A stretch of DNA of 64,000 bases. Source: Erysipelotrichaceae bacterium. GTDB lineage: Bacteria; Bacillota_I; Bacilli_A; Erysipelotrichales; Erysipelotrichaceae. Positions 17,921 to 29,207 of the stretch are shown one piece after another; the stretch's first letter is position 1; each line of letters starts with the position of its first letter. The notes under the pieces are model-generated. The model made no database searches. It saw nothing but the letters and a program-made list of their open reading frames with translations, and was not told where the DNA came from. Position numbers and translations under genes: made by a program. Where the stretch lies: positions 21,778 through 85,777 of the forward strand of contig JAFRVK010000030.1 in assembly GCA_017441765.1 (NCBI GenBank). Reading direction: 5' to 3'.

Positions 17921-19264
17921 TTAATCAGCCAGTGATCCGAACGGATCCCACGGATCGAGCACGATCGGCTTTTTTGCTAGTGCTTTCAACTGTTTCTGAT
18001 TGAGATATTTCCTGTGTACTACAGCTTCAAAGACATACTTGTCGAACCAGCTGTCGGAACAGATGTAGTAACCCTTGTTTGCGACTTTATCTCCCCAGGA
18101 GTTTTCGATCTTCCAGCGGGTCGGCTTGTTCCTGACGAGGTTGACTCCGGTAAAGACCATCGCGTGGTTCATTGCCGATTCCCTTGCATCCAGCATATCA
18201 GCTTTGGACATTTCAAGTTCCATATCGAAGGTCTCGCCATAGTCGATGGCCTTGTCATCCCATAAGCCCAATTGCCGGTCACCATCCTTGCCGCAGTCGC
18301 AGCCGAACCAGACGATTTCCTTGTCTTTCAGCTGTTTCAGGATGAGATTCTTGAAATCATCCAAAGGAAGGTTCAGATAAAAGACATCGTTGTCTGTACC
18401 TGCGACATTACCGAGATATTTTACGGTATACGTCTGATAGTATTTCTTGTCCTCGGTCGGACCGTTGATGATGCCGACATAATCATCCAGATCGATACCG
18501 AGATACTTTTCATACATTTCCATCGGTGTCACATCGTAATAGGCGTGATGTTTGTCTTTTTTGTCGTAGTATTCGAAAGTGAAGGATTTTGGCGGTACAC
18601 CGAAGCAGTCGCATAACAGTCCGTAGCATTCTTTGAGACACTGATCCTTCATTTTTTTGATCTGTACATCTCTGTCTTTTTCATCAAGCTTCTTGAGATC
18701 TGCCGCAAACTTGCGCAGACGGCGGTTGATGATGCCGTTCATCGCTCTGGTATGGGAAGACTGGTAGGTTTCCTGCATGGCTGTCTTCGGACAGAGTCCA
18801 TACTTCTTGACCAGGGAAACCATCATGTCCCATTGACCTCCGTCACCGATCGCGACTTCCAGAAGATAGCGTACCGTTTCATCATTCAAAGGCGTATCGG
18901 CTTCCCTGATCATGCATTCCAGGAAGTAGTTGATCTTCTCGAGCTTGTCGTAGAAAGCAATGTAGTTCTGCGAGAACTCGAACTGCTCCTTGATGTTGTA
19001 TTTTTTAGCCAATATTTCTCTCAGGATCGTCATCGAAGAGAAGAGCCAGCATCTTCCTGAGGACATCTGGTTGTTTACAGGAAGCGTTTCGATATCGATG
19101 GAGAAGAAGTTGGGGTTCTCTGCTTTGGCTTCCAGACGTCTTGAAATCAGGGTGAGATCGTTTTCGGTCAATGCATTGCGAACCACTCTGGCTTTTTCGT
19201 CTTTGAGATAATCCTGATTCAGTTCTTCAAGATATTTCTTACTGATTGAATGTAGTTTTGCCAT
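17921..19264 (-). CDS. pepC: Aminopeptidase C (bleomycin-hydrolase-type C1 cysteine peptidase)
   Basis: Active-site QMSSGRCWLFS and C-terminal ENSWG. Length 447 aa. Confidence 0.9.
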   Translation of the reverse strand: MAKLHSISKKYLEELNQDYLKDEKARVVRNALTENDLTLISRRLEAKAENPNFFSIDIETLPVNNQMSSGRCWLFSSMTILREILAKKYNIKEQFEFSQNYIAFYDKLEKINYFLECMIREADTPLNDETVRYLLEVAIGDGGQWDMMVSLVKKYGLCPKTAMQETYQSSHTRAMNGIINRRLRKFAADLKKLDEKDRDVQIKKMKDQCLKECYGLLCDCFGVPPKSFTFEYYDKKDKHHAYYDVTPMEMYEKYLGIDLDDYVGIINGPTEDKKYYQTYTVKYLGNVAGTDNDVFYLNLPLDDFKNLILKQLKDKEIVWFGCDCGKDGDRQLGLWDDKAIDYGETFDMELEMSKADMLDARESAMNHAMVFTGVNLVRNKPTRWKIENSWGDKVANKGYYICSDSWFDKYVFEAVVHRKYLNQKQLKALAKKPIVLDPWDPFGSLAD

Positions 19265-19342
19265 ATATTATCCTTCTTTCACTATCCATCTTAACACGAG
19301 GAAAGAAAAGAATTCTTCTGAATGATACGCTATAATTGAACT

Positions 19343-21316
19343 ATGGACAACAGGAAATTCAAACTGGTATCACCCTTCACACCGACCGGAGATCAGCCGG
19401 AAGCGATCGCAAAGCTGGTAGAAGGAATCAATGAAGGCAAAGAGGAACAGGTCCTTTTAGGTGCGACCGGTACAGGCAAGACTTTTACGATCGCCAATGT
19501 CATCGCCCAGGTCAATAAACCTACCCTGGTTTTCGCTCACAACAAGACTCTGGCAGGTCAGCTTTATTCCGAATTCAAAGCACTGTTCCCGGAGAATGCC
19601 GTCGAGTATTTTATCTCCAACTTCGACTACTACCAGCCGGAAGCCTATATGCCGAAGACCGATACCTACATCGAAAAGAATGCTGTCACCAACGATGAGA
19701 TCGACATGCTGAGGATGTCCGCATACAATTCTTTATTAGAAAGAAGAGACGTCATCGTTGTGGCTTCGGTCGCCTGTATCTATGCCGGAAGCAACCCTAA
19801 GGATTATAAAGACATGTTCTTTACGCTGAAGGTTGGAGAGATCATCGACCGTCAGGATCTGATCAAACGGCTGGTCGTCATGCAGTACCAGCGCAACGAT
19901 GTGGACAAGCTGCGCGGTACCTTTTCGGTCAAAGGCGATGTCATCGAGATCTGTCCGGGACATACGGATGCCTTCATCATAAGAGTCGAGATGTTCGATG
20001 ATGAAGTCGAGAGGATCACCGAAATCGAACCTGTCACCAAGAATCTGATCAATGGCTATACGGTCTATTCCTTCTTCCCGGCATCCGGTTATGCACGTAA
20101 GAAAGAGGATCTTCTGATCGCCTGCGACAACATCGAAAAAGAGCTGGAAGAACGGCTTGAATACTTCAAAGAAAAAGGCAAAGCCGTGGAATATGAACGC
20201 CTGGAGCAGCGATGCCGATACGATATCGAAGCCTTAAGAGAAATGGGCATGTGCTCGGGAATCGAGAACTATGCGATGCATATCGACCACCGTGTACCGG
20301 GAGAACGCCCTTACAATCTCTTCGACTATTTCGGCGATGATTTTCTGATCGTGGTCGATGAATCACACGCTTCTCTGCCGCAGATAAGAGGCATGTACAA
20401 TGGCGACCACGCACGGAAACAGACTCTGGTGGATTACGGTTTCCGTCTGCCCAGCGCTCTGGAAAACCGTCCGATGCGCTTTGACGAATGGGAAGAGATC
20501 AACGCCCAGCGTATCTATATGTCTGCCACTCCGGGAGATTATGAACTGGAACGTAGCGGAGAAGTCGTGGAACAGCTCATCCGTCCGACCGGACTTGTCG
20601 ATCCAAAAGTGGAAGTACGCAGGACCAACGGTCAGATCGATGACCTGATGCAGGAGATCAATAAAACGATAGAAAAGAATCAGCGTACTCTGATCACGAC
20701 ACTGACAGTCAAGATGGCCGAAGATCTCAGTGACTATCTGCAGAAACTGAACTATAAAGTGGCTTATCTCCATCATGAAACCAAGACACTGGAGCGAAGC
20801 GAGATCATTCATGATTTAAGAGAAGGGAAATACGATGTTCTGGTAGGCATCAACCTTTTAAGAGAAGGCCTGGACATTCCGGAAGTCTCTCTGATCGCGA
20901 TCCTGGATGCGGACAAGGAAGGTTTCCTGAGAAGCGCACGTTCCCTGATCCAGACCATCGGCCGTGCCGCCCGTAATGTGGATGGGCGGGTCATCATGTA
21001 TGCGGATGAGATCACCGATTCCATGAAACAGGCCATCGATGAGACCGAACGACGCAGAAAGATTCAGATCGTCTACAACGAGGAACACCATATCATACCG
21101 CGTTCCGTCACTAAAGAAGTCAATGAAGTCATCCATTCGAAAGAAACCAAAGAGATGGCTCGCAAGTATAACCAGAAACATAAGCACACGAAGGCAGAAA
21201 AAGAAAAGCTCATGGCTTCGATCGAAGCGGAAATGAAACAGGCCGCAAAGCAGCTGAACTTCGAACGTGCGGCAGAATTGAGGGATATTCTGTATGAACT
21301 CCGTGATGAAGATTGA
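19343..21316 (+). CDS. uvrB: Excinuclease ABC subunit B
   Basis: [17 protein letters not shown], Walker [10 protein letters not shown], helicase motifs, and a C-terminal UVR domain ([15 protein letters not shown]). Confidence 0.97.
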   Translation: MDNRKFKLVSPFTPTGDQPEAIAKLVEGINEGKEEQVLLGATGTGKTFTIANVIAQVNKPTLVFAHNKTLAGQLYSEFKALFPENAVEYFISNFDYYQPEAYMPKTDTYIEKNAVTNDEIDMLRMSAYNSLLERRDVIVVASVACIYAGSNPKDYKDMFFTLKVGEIIDRQDLIKRLVVMQYQRNDVDKLRGTFSVKGDVIEICPGHTDAFIIRVEMFDDEVERITEIEPVTKNLINGYTVYSFFPASGYARKKEDLLIACDNIEKELEERLEYFKEKGKAVEYERLEQRCRYDIEALREMGMCSGIENYAMHIDHRVPGERPYNLFDYFGDDFLIVVDESHASLPQIRGMYNGDHARKQTLVDYGFRLPSALENRPMRFDEWEEINAQRIYMSATPGDYELERSGEVVEQLIRPTGLVDPKVEVRRTNGQIDDLMQEINKTIEKNQRTLITTLTVKMAEDLSDYLQKLNYKVAYLHHETKTLERSEIIHDLREGKYDVLVGINLLREGLDIPEVSLIAILDADKEGFLRSARSLIQTIGRAARNVDGRVIMYADEITDSMKQAIDETERRRKIQIVYNEEHHIIPRSVTKEVNEVIHSKETKEMARKYNQKHKHTKAEKEKLMASIEAEMKQAAKQLNFERAAELRDILYELRDED

Positions 21317-21905
21317 TTTTAGACAGTTCTTCTATACCGTCTTAGGAATCGCCATTCTTGGCGCAGGTGTCGCTCTGGCCGTCAGGGCAGGTCTGGGCAC
21401 CAGTCCTTTGGATGTACTCATCGAGCTGGTCCATTTCAAGATCGGCATTTCCGTCGGCAGACTGACTTTCATCTGCCAGGTCATGATGGTTGTGATCGCT
21501 CTGATCCTGTGGCCCAAGACTATTGGCATCGGAACGGTAATGACAATGCTTCTGACCCAGTTTCCGATCGATCTGGTTTATGATCTGGTTGGAACCTATG
21601 ACAGTTTCTATATCAATCTATTCCTGTGTGTTGCCGGTACGACGCTGACAGCCATCGGCGCAGCCGTGATCATCCGTGCCGGTCTTGGCATGGGAACCTA
21701 TGAGGCGCTGACCTTCTCGATCTCCAACCGTTTCAAGATCAAGTACCTCTATGTCAAATACGGACTGGAAGCGATCTTCCTATTCTTGCTGGTCATTTTT
21801 CATGGCACCATCGGTATCGGTACACTGATTTCCTTTCTCTTTCTGGGTAAACTGATCACGGTGTTCATCCCTCTGGCAGAGAAATGGATCGTATTCCCAA
21901 AATAG
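21294..21905 (+). CDS. YczE/YitT-like integral membrane protein
   Basis: [20 protein letters not shown] motif with 5-6 TM. Overlaps the uvrB 3' end. Alternative start at ATG 21306. Confidence 0.6.
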   Translation: MNSVMKIDFRQFFYTVLGIAILGAGVALAVRAGLGTSPLDVLIELVHFKIGISVGRLTFICQVMMVVIALILWPKTIGIGTVMTMLLTQFPIDLVYDLVGTYDSFYINLFLCVAGTTLTAIGAAVIIRAGLGMGTYEALTFSISNRFKIKYLYVKYGLEAIFLFLLVIFHGTIGIGTLISFLFLGKLITVFIPLAEKWIVFPK

Positions 21906-21937
21906 AAACACCATAGAATGTGTTATATAATTGAAGT

Positions 21938-22780
21938 ATGAAAAAACTGGTACTTATCAGCGGTATTTCCGGAGCCGGTAAATCGACTGCTTCCAATATC
22001 CTTGAGGATATGGGTTACACGTGTATCGACCAGTATCCTGTCGAGCTTTTGCCTGACCTGATCGAACTGATCAAAAGCAGCGATTCGATCAGATACAACA
22101 AAGTCGCTTTGACAATCGGATTATCGGATCTGGAGAACTTCTATGATCTTCTTGCGAATTCCGAATTCGATGTTTCGCTGATCCTTTTGGATGCCAGCAA
22201 AGATTCGATCATCAACCGCTACAAGTTTTCCAGACGTGTCCATCCTTTGGTGACTTCGAATATGGCAGCGACCGTGGAAGAAGCGATCGAAATCGAAAAG
22301 AATATCCTGAACAAGTGGAAGACACGTAATGTTCACGTCATCGATACCAGCAATCTTACAGCGAAACAGCATAAAGAAAAACTGGATAAGATCCTGAAAT
22401 ACAACGATAAAGAAAACCTGGCAATCACTTTCGAATCGTTCGGGTTCAAGAACGGCGTTCCTGAAGATGCGGATGTGATCCTGGATGTCAGAATGCTGGA
22501 TAATCCGTTCTATGTCGCCAAACTGAAGAACAAGACCGGCAACGACAAGGCGGTCAGGAATTATGTCCTGGACTCCAAACTGACCCAGAAATACATTAAA
22601 AAGACCCTGGCTTATCTGGACTTCATGTTCAAGGAATACGGCAAGGAAGAGAAACGCCACCTGACCATCTGTGTCGGCTGTACGGGGGGACAGCATCGAA
22701 GCGTGACCTTGGCGAATTACTTCTATGAATACTATAAAGACAAATACATGTGTTATGTGACACACCGGGAACTGAAATGA
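21938..22780 (+). CDS. rapZ: RNase adapter protein RapZ (YvcJ)
   Basis: P-loop GISGAGKST and C-terminal CTGGQHRSV motif. Conserved rapZ-yvcK-whiA order. Confidence 0.92.
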   Translation: MKKLVLISGISGAGKSTASNILEDMGYTCIDQYPVELLPDLIELIKSSDSIRYNKVALTIGLSDLENFYDLLANSEFDVSLILLDASKDSIINRYKFSRRVHPLVTSNMAATVEEAIEIEKNILNKWKTRNVHVIDTSNLTAKQHKEKLDKILKYNDKENLAITFESFGFKNGVPEDADVILDVRMLDNPFYVAKLKNKTGNDKAVRNYVLDSKLTQKYIKKTLAYLDFMFKEYGKEEKRHLTICVGCTGGQHRSVTLANYFYEYYKDKYMCYVTHRELK

Positions 22781-23703
22781 AAAAGATAACAGCGATAGGC
22801 GGAGGCCATGGGCTTTCGGCAATATTAAGAGGAATCAAAGACATACCGGATATCGATATCTCGGCAATCGTTACGGTTGCGGATGACGGAGGATCGACGG
22901 GACGTCTGCGTAAACGCTATACCATTCCGGCAATGGGTGATGTCAGGAATGTACTTTTGGCATTGTCGGATGGCGAACCTTTATTGCATGAATTGATGAA
23001 TTACCGTTTCGAAGGCGAAGACAACATGGATATCGCAGGACATTCTTTAGGCAATTTGATTCTGACCGCTTTGACCAATATGACCGGATCCTTCGATGAA
23101 GCGATCAGGATCACTTCGGACATGCTGATGGTGAAAGGCAGGATCATTCCTTCGACCCTGCAGAATGTGACCCTGTTTGCACAGATGGATGACGGTACGA
23201 TCGTCAAAGGCGAAGCCAATATTCCGTCGTTGATCCACAACATTGAGCGTGTTTTCTATCAGGAAGCGGTCCATGCCAACGAGGAAGCCATTCAGGCGAT
23301 CAAAGAAGCCGATCTGATCATTTATGGGATCGGATCCCTGTATACTTCCATCCTCCCGAATACAATCATCAAAGGCATCAACGAAGCCCTGCGTGAATCC
23401 AAAGCCTGGAGGATCTATTTCGCCAATTGCATGACCCAGTCCAACGAAACCTACAACTATGACCTGGCTGCCCATCTGCAGGCCTTCAAGGATCACCATA
23501 CCGATGTGGACCTGGTCGTTACCCATGAAGACAAGATCCCTGACCGTATCCTTTACCGTTATGCCCAGCAGAATTCCATCGAAGTCCTGGACAGCGAAGA
23601 AGTTACGATCCCAGTCATCAAATATCCGTTATTATCTTTTGAAAACGATCTTGTCCGTCATGATCCGAAACAGATCAGGAAAGTCATTGAGGATCTGCTC
23701 TGA
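22777..23703 (+). CDS. yvcK: YvcK / CofD-like gluconeogenesis factor
   Basis: MKKITAIGGGHGLS start overlaps the rapZ stop (ATGA). VTVADDGGSTGRLR motif. Confidence 0.9.
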   Translation: MKKITAIGGGHGLSAILRGIKDIPDIDISAIVTVADDGGSTGRLRKRYTIPAMGDVRNVLLALSDGEPLLHELMNYRFEGEDNMDIAGHSLGNLILTALTNMTGSFDEAIRITSDMLMVKGRIIPSTLQNVTLFAQMDDGTIVKGEANIPSLIHNIERVFYQEAVHANEEAIQAIKEADLIIYGIGSLYTSILPNTIIKGINEALRESKAWRIYFANCMTQSNETYNYDLAAHLQAFKDHHTDVDLVVTHEDKIPDRILYRYAQQNSIEVLDSEEVTIPVIKYPLLSFENDLVRHDPKQIRKVIEDLL

Positions 23704-24644
23704 TGTCTTTTTCTACCGATATCAAACAGGAGATCAGCAAGCGTGATTCCGAGCTTCACTGCAAGAAAGCGGAACTGAGCGCATTGCTGAAGCTGACCAG
23801 TTCCCTGACCATATCGAATGGGAATCTGGGTTTCGTGGTGCGCACCGAGAATCCCACAACGGCCAAGCGCATCGTTTTTTTATTGAAAGAACTCTATGAT
23901 GCCGAAACGGAACTGCAGATCTATAAGAAGACCAATCTCAAGAAAAACAACGTCTATACCATCGAAGTCCACGAAGAGGGAAGAACGATCCTGGATGATC
24001 TGGACATCTATAATGAAAAAGGTCTGCAGGCTCATCCCCGTTACGATCTGATCATGCGCAACTGCTGCGCGGCATCCTATCTGGCAGGGGCGTTCCTGGC
24101 CTACGGGGCATGCAACGACCCACAGAATCCCAACTATCATATGGAGATTTCTCTGCCCGAGATCGAGAATGCGAACTTCCTGGTCAAACTGCTGTCCCGT
24201 TTCCACATCGAAGCCAAGATCGTCAAACGGAGGGTGCGCTATATCGTCTATGTGAAGAAAGCGGACCATGTCTCGGATTTCCTGGCGCTGATCGGAGCGC
24301 ATGATGCGATGATGCGTTTTGAAGATGAGAGGATCGGAAGAGACGTCAACAATTCCATCCGCAGGATCGACAACTGCGAGATCGCCAATGAAGTCAAGAC
24401 ACTCAAAGCGGCACAGCAGCAGATTACAAACATGCAGAAGATCATCGACAGCGGCAAGTATGAACATCTCAATGAGAAACTGAGAAACGTCATCGATATC
24501 CGGATGAAATATCAGGACTCCTCACTGCTGGAGTTGTGTGAAGCATATCAGAAAAACTATGGCGAAGCCATCTCCAAGTCGGGCATGAAACACCGGCTGA
24601 ATCGTATCGATAGCATCGCCGATCATTTGGAGGAACAGTCATGA
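23703..24644 (+). CDS. whiA: DNA-binding protein WhiA
   Basis: MSFSTDIKQEI start. LAGLIDADG-like domains (YLAGAFLAYGA) and a C-terminal HTH (ISKSGMKHRLNRI). TGATG overlap with yvcK. Confidence 0.92.
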   Translation: MSFSTDIKQEISKRDSELHCKKAELSALLKLTSSLTISNGNLGFVVRTENPTTAKRIVFLLKELYDAETELQIYKKTNLKKNNVYTIEVHEEGRTILDDLDIYNEKGLQAHPRYDLIMRNCCAASYLAGAFLAYGACNDPQNPNYHMEISLPEIENANFLVKLLSRFHIEAKIVKRRVRYIVYVKKADHVSDFLALIGAHDAMMRFEDERIGRDVNNSIRRIDNCEIANEVKTLKAAQQQITNMQKIIDSGKYEHLNEKLRNVIDIRMKYQDSSLLELCEAYQKNYGEAISKSGMKHRLNRIDSIADHLEEQS

Positions 24645-25423
24645 AATACGTGTTGATCACAGGCGCATCCAGCGGGATCGGAAAAGAGTTGGCAAAGCAG
24701 TTCGCCAAGAAGGATCACAACCTGATCCTGGTCGCCAGAAGGGAAGAACTTCTCAAGGAACTGGAAGAGGAACTGGAAAAGGATTATCTGGTGAATGTCA
24801 TTTGTTATGCCTGCGACATCGCAAAGGATCCGAAGGCGGTCTACGATTTCTGCAAGGCCAATGATCTCAATGTATCCGTTCTGGTCAATAATGCGGGCTA
24901 CGGGGATTACGGACAGTTCATCGACGGAGATATCGATAAACTCTCAGGCATGATCGATCTGAACGATAAAGCACTGGTTGCTTTGACCTACTATTTCCTC
25001 AAGGATATGAAAGAAAAGGGCCATGGTCACATCATCAATACCGGTTCGGTCGCTTCCTTCATTCCGGGTCCGTATATGGCAGTCTACTATGCGACCAAGG
25101 CCTTCGTTCTGAGCTTCTCTCTGGCGTTAAGAGAAGAGCTGAAAGATACAGGCATCCATGTTTCCGTCCTGTGCCCCGCACCGACGAAATCCCCGTTCTG
25201 GGAGGTTGCCGGAGGGGAAACTACCGCTGTCTATAACAACATCTTTGCCCGTACCGCAAAGAATGCTGCCAGGACAGGCTATGGCTTGTATGACAGCAAA
25301 AAGGCCTATGCCATCGATGGACCGGCCTATAAGCTGCTGATCGCTGTCGCAAGGCATCTGCCTTTGGAACTCTGTGCCAGGACGATCGGATATCTCCAAT
25401 CCAAAACAAAGAAAGCCCGTTAG
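24641..25423 (+). CDS. SDR-family oxidoreductase
   Basis: TGASSGIGKE cofactor motif, NNAG, and YxxxK (YYATKAF). Confidence 0.9.
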   Translation: MKYVLITGASSGIGKELAKQFAKKDHNLILVARREELLKELEEELEKDYLVNVICYACDIAKDPKAVYDFCKANDLNVSVLVNNAGYGDYGQFIDGDIDKLSGMIDLNDKALVALTYYFLKDMKEKGHGHIINTGSVASFIPGPYMAVYYATKAFVLSFSLALREELKDTGIHVSVLCPAPTKSPFWEVAGGETTAVYNNIFARTAKNAARTGYGLYDSKKAYAIDGPAYKLLIAVARHLPLELCARTIGYLQSKTKKAR

Positions 25424-26190
25424 GCCTTCTTGTAGATATCGATAATAAATGCGAACGTTACGGACAGCTCTTCACAGCTGTCCAGTTTCTTTTTATCGGA
25501 TAAGGAAGTGGTATTGCTGTAGGGAGTCATCAGGAAGAGATCATGGAGTTCTTCCTTGTTCAGGATTGCTTTCTGATGGATTTTTAGCTGTTTCTCTTGG
25601 ACCAAACCATCGATCATGATATCTTCTGTCTCGTTCCTGTATGGCTTCTCATAGAGGACTTCTTTCATTTCAAAGAGATGATCCTCATCGGGCCGGACCA
25701 GGATGAATCGTCCGTCCTCTTTCAGGATACGATCGATCTCTTCTTTGGCAATCGGAGCGAAGATGGTCAGGGCTTTGTCCGCACAATTGTCATACAAAGG
25801 CACATCGAAGATCGATGAAAGAATGTATGTGGTATCTTTATCGCTCTTGGAAGCATAGCGCAGGCCCTGCTTGCTGAGATCGATCCCTGTTCTGTCTTTG
25901 CAGCGGAATTTTGAAGTATAGTAACCTTCCCCGCAGGCAAGATCCACCAGGACATCATTTTCATCGATATATTTGTTCAGTTCATCCAATAAGAAACGGT
26001 AATGGTCCTGATTCAGGAAATTCCTTCTGGCCTGTATCATCTCTTTGTTGTCTCCGCTGGTCTCTGACTTATGCAGATAGAGATTCACATAGCCTTCCTT
26101 GGCGATATCAAAACTGTGTCCATGAATGCACTTATAGGTATTCTCATTCTTATGTAAAACATCTTTACAGATCGGACATCTGATTTCCAT
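25420..26190 (-). CDS. rlmA: 23S rRNA (guanine-N1)-methyltransferase RlmA-like
   Basis: MEIRCPICKDVLHKNENTYKCIHGHSFDIAKEGYVNL zinc-finger N-terminus as in RlmA. SAM motif VLVDLACGEGY. The track ORF to 26328 is an extension across the gmk promoter. Confidence 0.8.
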   Translation of the reverse strand: MEIRCPICKDVLHKNENTYKCIHGHSFDIAKEGYVNLYLHKSETSGDNKEMIQARRNFLNQDHYRFLLDELNKYIDENDVLVDLACGEGYYTSKFRCKDRTGIDLSKQGLRYASKSDKDTTYILSSIFDVPLYDNCADKALTIFAPIAKEEIDRILKEDGRFILVRPDEDHLFEMKEVLYEKPYRNETEDIMIDGLVQEKQLKIHQKAILNKEELHDLFLMTPYSNTTSLSDKKKLDSCEELSVTFAFIIDIYKKA

Positions 26191-26236
26191 AACAATATTG
26201 TACGATACGGCAAAGAAAATGTTATAGAATGAAAGT

Positions 26237-26812
26237 ATGAAAAAGGGACTATTAATCGTATTTAGCGGAGTATCAGGTGTAGGCAAGGGAACGCTTCTTG
26301 ACAGACTGATGCCCATGGAAGATCTCAATCTGGCCTACTCGGTATCCATGACGACCAGAGCGCCGCGTGAAGGAGAGGTGGAAGGAGAAGATTATTTCTT
26401 TGTTTCCAAAAAGAGATTCGTGGAAGCCATCAAGAATGACGAACTCCTTGAGCATGCCCGTTTTGTCGGAAATGATTACGGAACACCGAGAGCCTATGTC
26501 GAGCAGCAGCGGGAATTGGGTAAGAACGTCATTCTGGAGATTGAGATCCGAGGAGCGAAGCAGATCATGGAGAAGTGTCCGGATGCCTTGAGCATCTATA
26601 TCGTTCCGCCTTCATTGGAAGAACTGGAACGGAGACTGAGGGCACGCAGTACTGAGGATGATGAAACAATCATGAAGAGGATCGCCAAAGCGAAGAGGGA
26701 ACTCAAGGATACCGATTCCTATGAACACATCGTATGCAACGATGACCTCGATGTCGCGGTCGAAGAGATCCGGCAGATCATCCTGGATGAGATCAACAAG
26801 GAAGAGGAATAG
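26237..26812 (+). CDS. gmk: Guanylate kinase
   Basis: GVSGVGKGT P-loop, TTRAPREGEVEGEDYFF, and GNDYGTPR. Confidence 0.95.
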   Translation: MKKGLLIVFSGVSGVGKGTLLDRLMPMEDLNLAYSVSMTTRAPREGEVEGEDYFFVSKKRFVEAIKNDELLEHARFVGNDYGTPRAYVEQQRELGKNVILEIEIRGAKQIMEKCPDALSIYIVPPSLEELERRLRARSTEDDETIMKRIAKAKRELKDTDSYEHIVCNDDLDVAVEEIRQIILDEINKEEE

Positions 26813-26838
26813 AAATCAGTTATTATAATGGAATCAAC

Positions 26839-26885
26839 AAACATATCGTTTAAGATAATTCTCAGCGATATGTTTTATTTTTGAT
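26839..26885 (+). terminator. Intrinsic terminator after gmk
   Basis: AAACATATCG-(17 nt)-CGATATGTTT followed by TATTTTT. Confidence 0.6.
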
Positions 26886-26956
26886 CGATCCTAATTGTGA
26901 AAATGTTTACAATTATCATATAATAATATTTAGGGGAAAAACCCCAGGAGGAAATT

Positions 26957-28036
26957 ATGAAAAAACTTTTTAAGTTGCTTATGATCGCTTTGATCGCTTG
27001 CTGCTTATTTGCGTGCGGCGGTAAAGGCGGTAACGAAGGTGGTGGCGAAGAGACCGTTGGCGGCGGCAGTCTGGTTATCTATTCACCAAACTCCGATGCT
27101 CTGGTTGAAGCTGCTGAAAAATTCGGCGAGAAGTACGGTATCGATGTACAGTTCATCTCAGCAAAAACAGGCGAATGTCTGGAAAGAATCGCTGCTGAAA
27201 AAGACAACCCTCAGGGCGATGTCATGTATGGCGGCATGAACTATGCAAACTCTTTCAACCCGGATTATGTTCCGCTGTTTGAACCATACGTTGCTGCAGG
27301 CGATGACAAGCTTCCTGAAGCATATCAGAACTTCAACGGCATCACCACGCACTACTGCCTGGATGGTTCCGCAGCTCTGCTGGTAAATGTTGAAGAATAT
27401 CAGAAACTCGGTCTGAATATCGATGATTTCGATTCCTATGAGGATCTGCTGCAGCCTGAACTGTTCGGCAAGATCGCTATGGGTGACCCTGCTTCTTCTT
27501 CCAGTGCGTGGGCAGAACTCACCAACATGCTTCTGGTCAAAGGCGATGAACCATATGACGAGAAAGCCTGGGAATGGGTCAACACGTTTGCTAAGAACCT
27601 GAATGGCGTCATCATCGATGGCTCTTCCGCAATCTACAAGGGCACGTATGAAGGCGAATATGTCGTAGGTGTTTCCTATGAAGATCCATGTGTCGGTCTT
27701 CTGGTCGACCAGTCAGCTCTGGGCAAAGAGATCGTCCGTCTGGTTTATCCTTCCGAAGGTGCCGTATGGCTCCCTGCAGGTGCAGCTATCATCAAGAACG
27801 CTCCGAATATGGAAAATGCGAAACTGTTCATGGATTGGCTGATCTCTGATGAAGGCCAGAACGAAATCGCCAAGACGACGGCTCGTCCGGTTAATCCTAG
27901 CATTCCGAACACTTCCGATCTGATGATCCCGTTCTCCAAGATCAATGTCGTATACGAAGACATGGAACTCTGCGGAACGCACAAGAAGGAATGGCAGGCT
28001 CGCTGGACAGAAATGTTCAATGCTGCAAAACAGTAA
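26957..28036 (+). CDS. ABC transporter substrate-binding lipoprotein (Fe3+/polyamine-type, SBP family 1)
   Basis: Lipobox LFAC-GG and a Gly-rich linker. Sits in an operon with an FbpC/PotA-like ATPase and a fused permease. Confidence 0.8.
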   Translation: MKKLFKLLMIALIACCLFACGGKGGNEGGGEETVGGGSLVIYSPNSDALVEAAEKFGEKYGIDVQFISAKTGECLERIAAEKDNPQGDVMYGGMNYANSFNPDYVPLFEPYVAAGDDKLPEAYQNFNGITTHYCLDGSAALLVNVEEYQKLGLNIDDFDSYEDLLQPELFGKIAMGDPASSSSAWAELTNMLLVKGDEPYDEKAWEWVNTFAKNLNGVIIDGSSAIYKGTYEGEYVVGVSYEDPCVGLLVDQSALGKEIVRLVYPSEGAVWLPAGAAIIKNAPNMENAKLFMDWLISDEGQNEIAKTTARPVNPSIPNTSDLMIPFSKINVVYEDMELCGTHKKEWQARWTEMFNAAKQ

Positions 28037-28076
28037 TTCAAAGTAAAACAATAATCAAACAGGTGAGGTTGGAAAT

Positions 28077-29204
28077 ATGAGTGTTAATATCAAAATCCGT
28101 GACGCTGTGAAAAAATACGGCGATAATACGATAATTTCTGACTTATCACTGGATATCAAGGAGGGTGAGTTCTTTACCCTCCTTGGTCCATCTGGATGTG
28201 GTAAGACGACTTTATTGCGTATGATTGCTGGCTTTAACTCGATCGAGGGTGGAGACTTTTATTTTGGGGATACCAGAATAAATGATATGGATCCGGCAAA
28301 GCGTAATATCGGTATGGTGTTCCAGAACTATGCCATTTTCCCGAATATGACGGTGGAAAAGAACGTGGCATTCGGCCTGAAGAACCGTAAGCTTCCTGCG
28401 GAAGAGATCGCATCCAAGACGGATCAGTTTTTGAAACTGATGAAGATTGATGAATATCGCGAGCGTATGCCGGAGAGGCTTTCCGGCGGTCAGCAGCAGC
28501 GTGTCGCTTTGGCAAGAGCCTTGGCGATCACTCCGGATGTATTGCTGATGGATGAGCCGCTTTCGAATCTGGATGCCAAGCTGAGAGTCGAAATGCGTAC
28601 CGTCATCAAGCAGATACAGAATGAAGTAGGTATCACGACTGTCTACGTTACTCATGACCAGGAAGAGGCTATGGCTGTTTCCGATCGTATCGCTGTCATG
28701 AACAATGGCGATATTCAGCAAATCGGTACGCCGAAGATCCTGTATCAGCGTCCTGCGAATCTGTTTGTCGCAACGTTTATCGGTCATACGAATGTGATCG
28801 ATGGCGAACTGAAGATCGAAGATGGCAAGGCATATCTGTATCTGCCTGGCAATTACAAGGTCAGAATGGATACGATCCGCAAGGAAGATATGAAGGATCA
28901 GAAAGTCAAAGCCAGCATCCGTCCGGAAGAACTGGTGGTGGATGTCAACAATAAGGAAGGCATCAAGGCCGTGATCGATGATGCGGTATTCCTTGGTCTG
29001 AATACGCACTACTTCGTACACTTTGAAGACGGCGAGACTGCCGAGATCGTCCAGGAATCCAAGATCGATTCCATCATCGAGAAGGGTACGGAAATCAGAC
29101 TGGGTGTCAAGACCGAGAAGATCAATATCTTCGATGAGAACGGAGAACATAATCTGGTGGAAGGCGTGATCAACGATTACGACGTATACACAAAAGAGGC
29201 TTAA
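28077..29204 (+). CDS. ABC transporter ATP-binding protein with C-terminal TOBE-like domain (FbpC/PotA-like)
   Basis: GPSGCGKTT, LSGGQQQRVALARAL, LLMDEPLSNLD. Confidence 0.9.
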   Translation: MSVNIKIRDAVKKYGDNTIISDLSLDIKEGEFFTLLGPSGCGKTTLLRMIAGFNSIEGGDFYFGDTRINDMDPAKRNIGMVFQNYAIFPNMTVEKNVAFGLKNRKLPAEEIASKTDQFLKLMKIDEYRERMPERLSGGQQQRVALARALAITPDVLLMDEPLSNLDAKLRVEMRTVIKQIQNEVGITTVYVTHDQEEAMAVSDRIAVMNNGDIQQIGTPKILYQRPANLFVATFIGHTNVIDGELKIEDGKAYLYLPGNYKVRMDTIRKEDMKDQKVKASIRPEELVVDVNNKEGIKAVIDDAVFLGLNTHYFVHFEDGETAEIVQESKIDSIIEKGTEIRLGVKTEKINIFDENGEHNLVEGVINDYDVYTKEA

Positions 29205-29207
29205 TCT

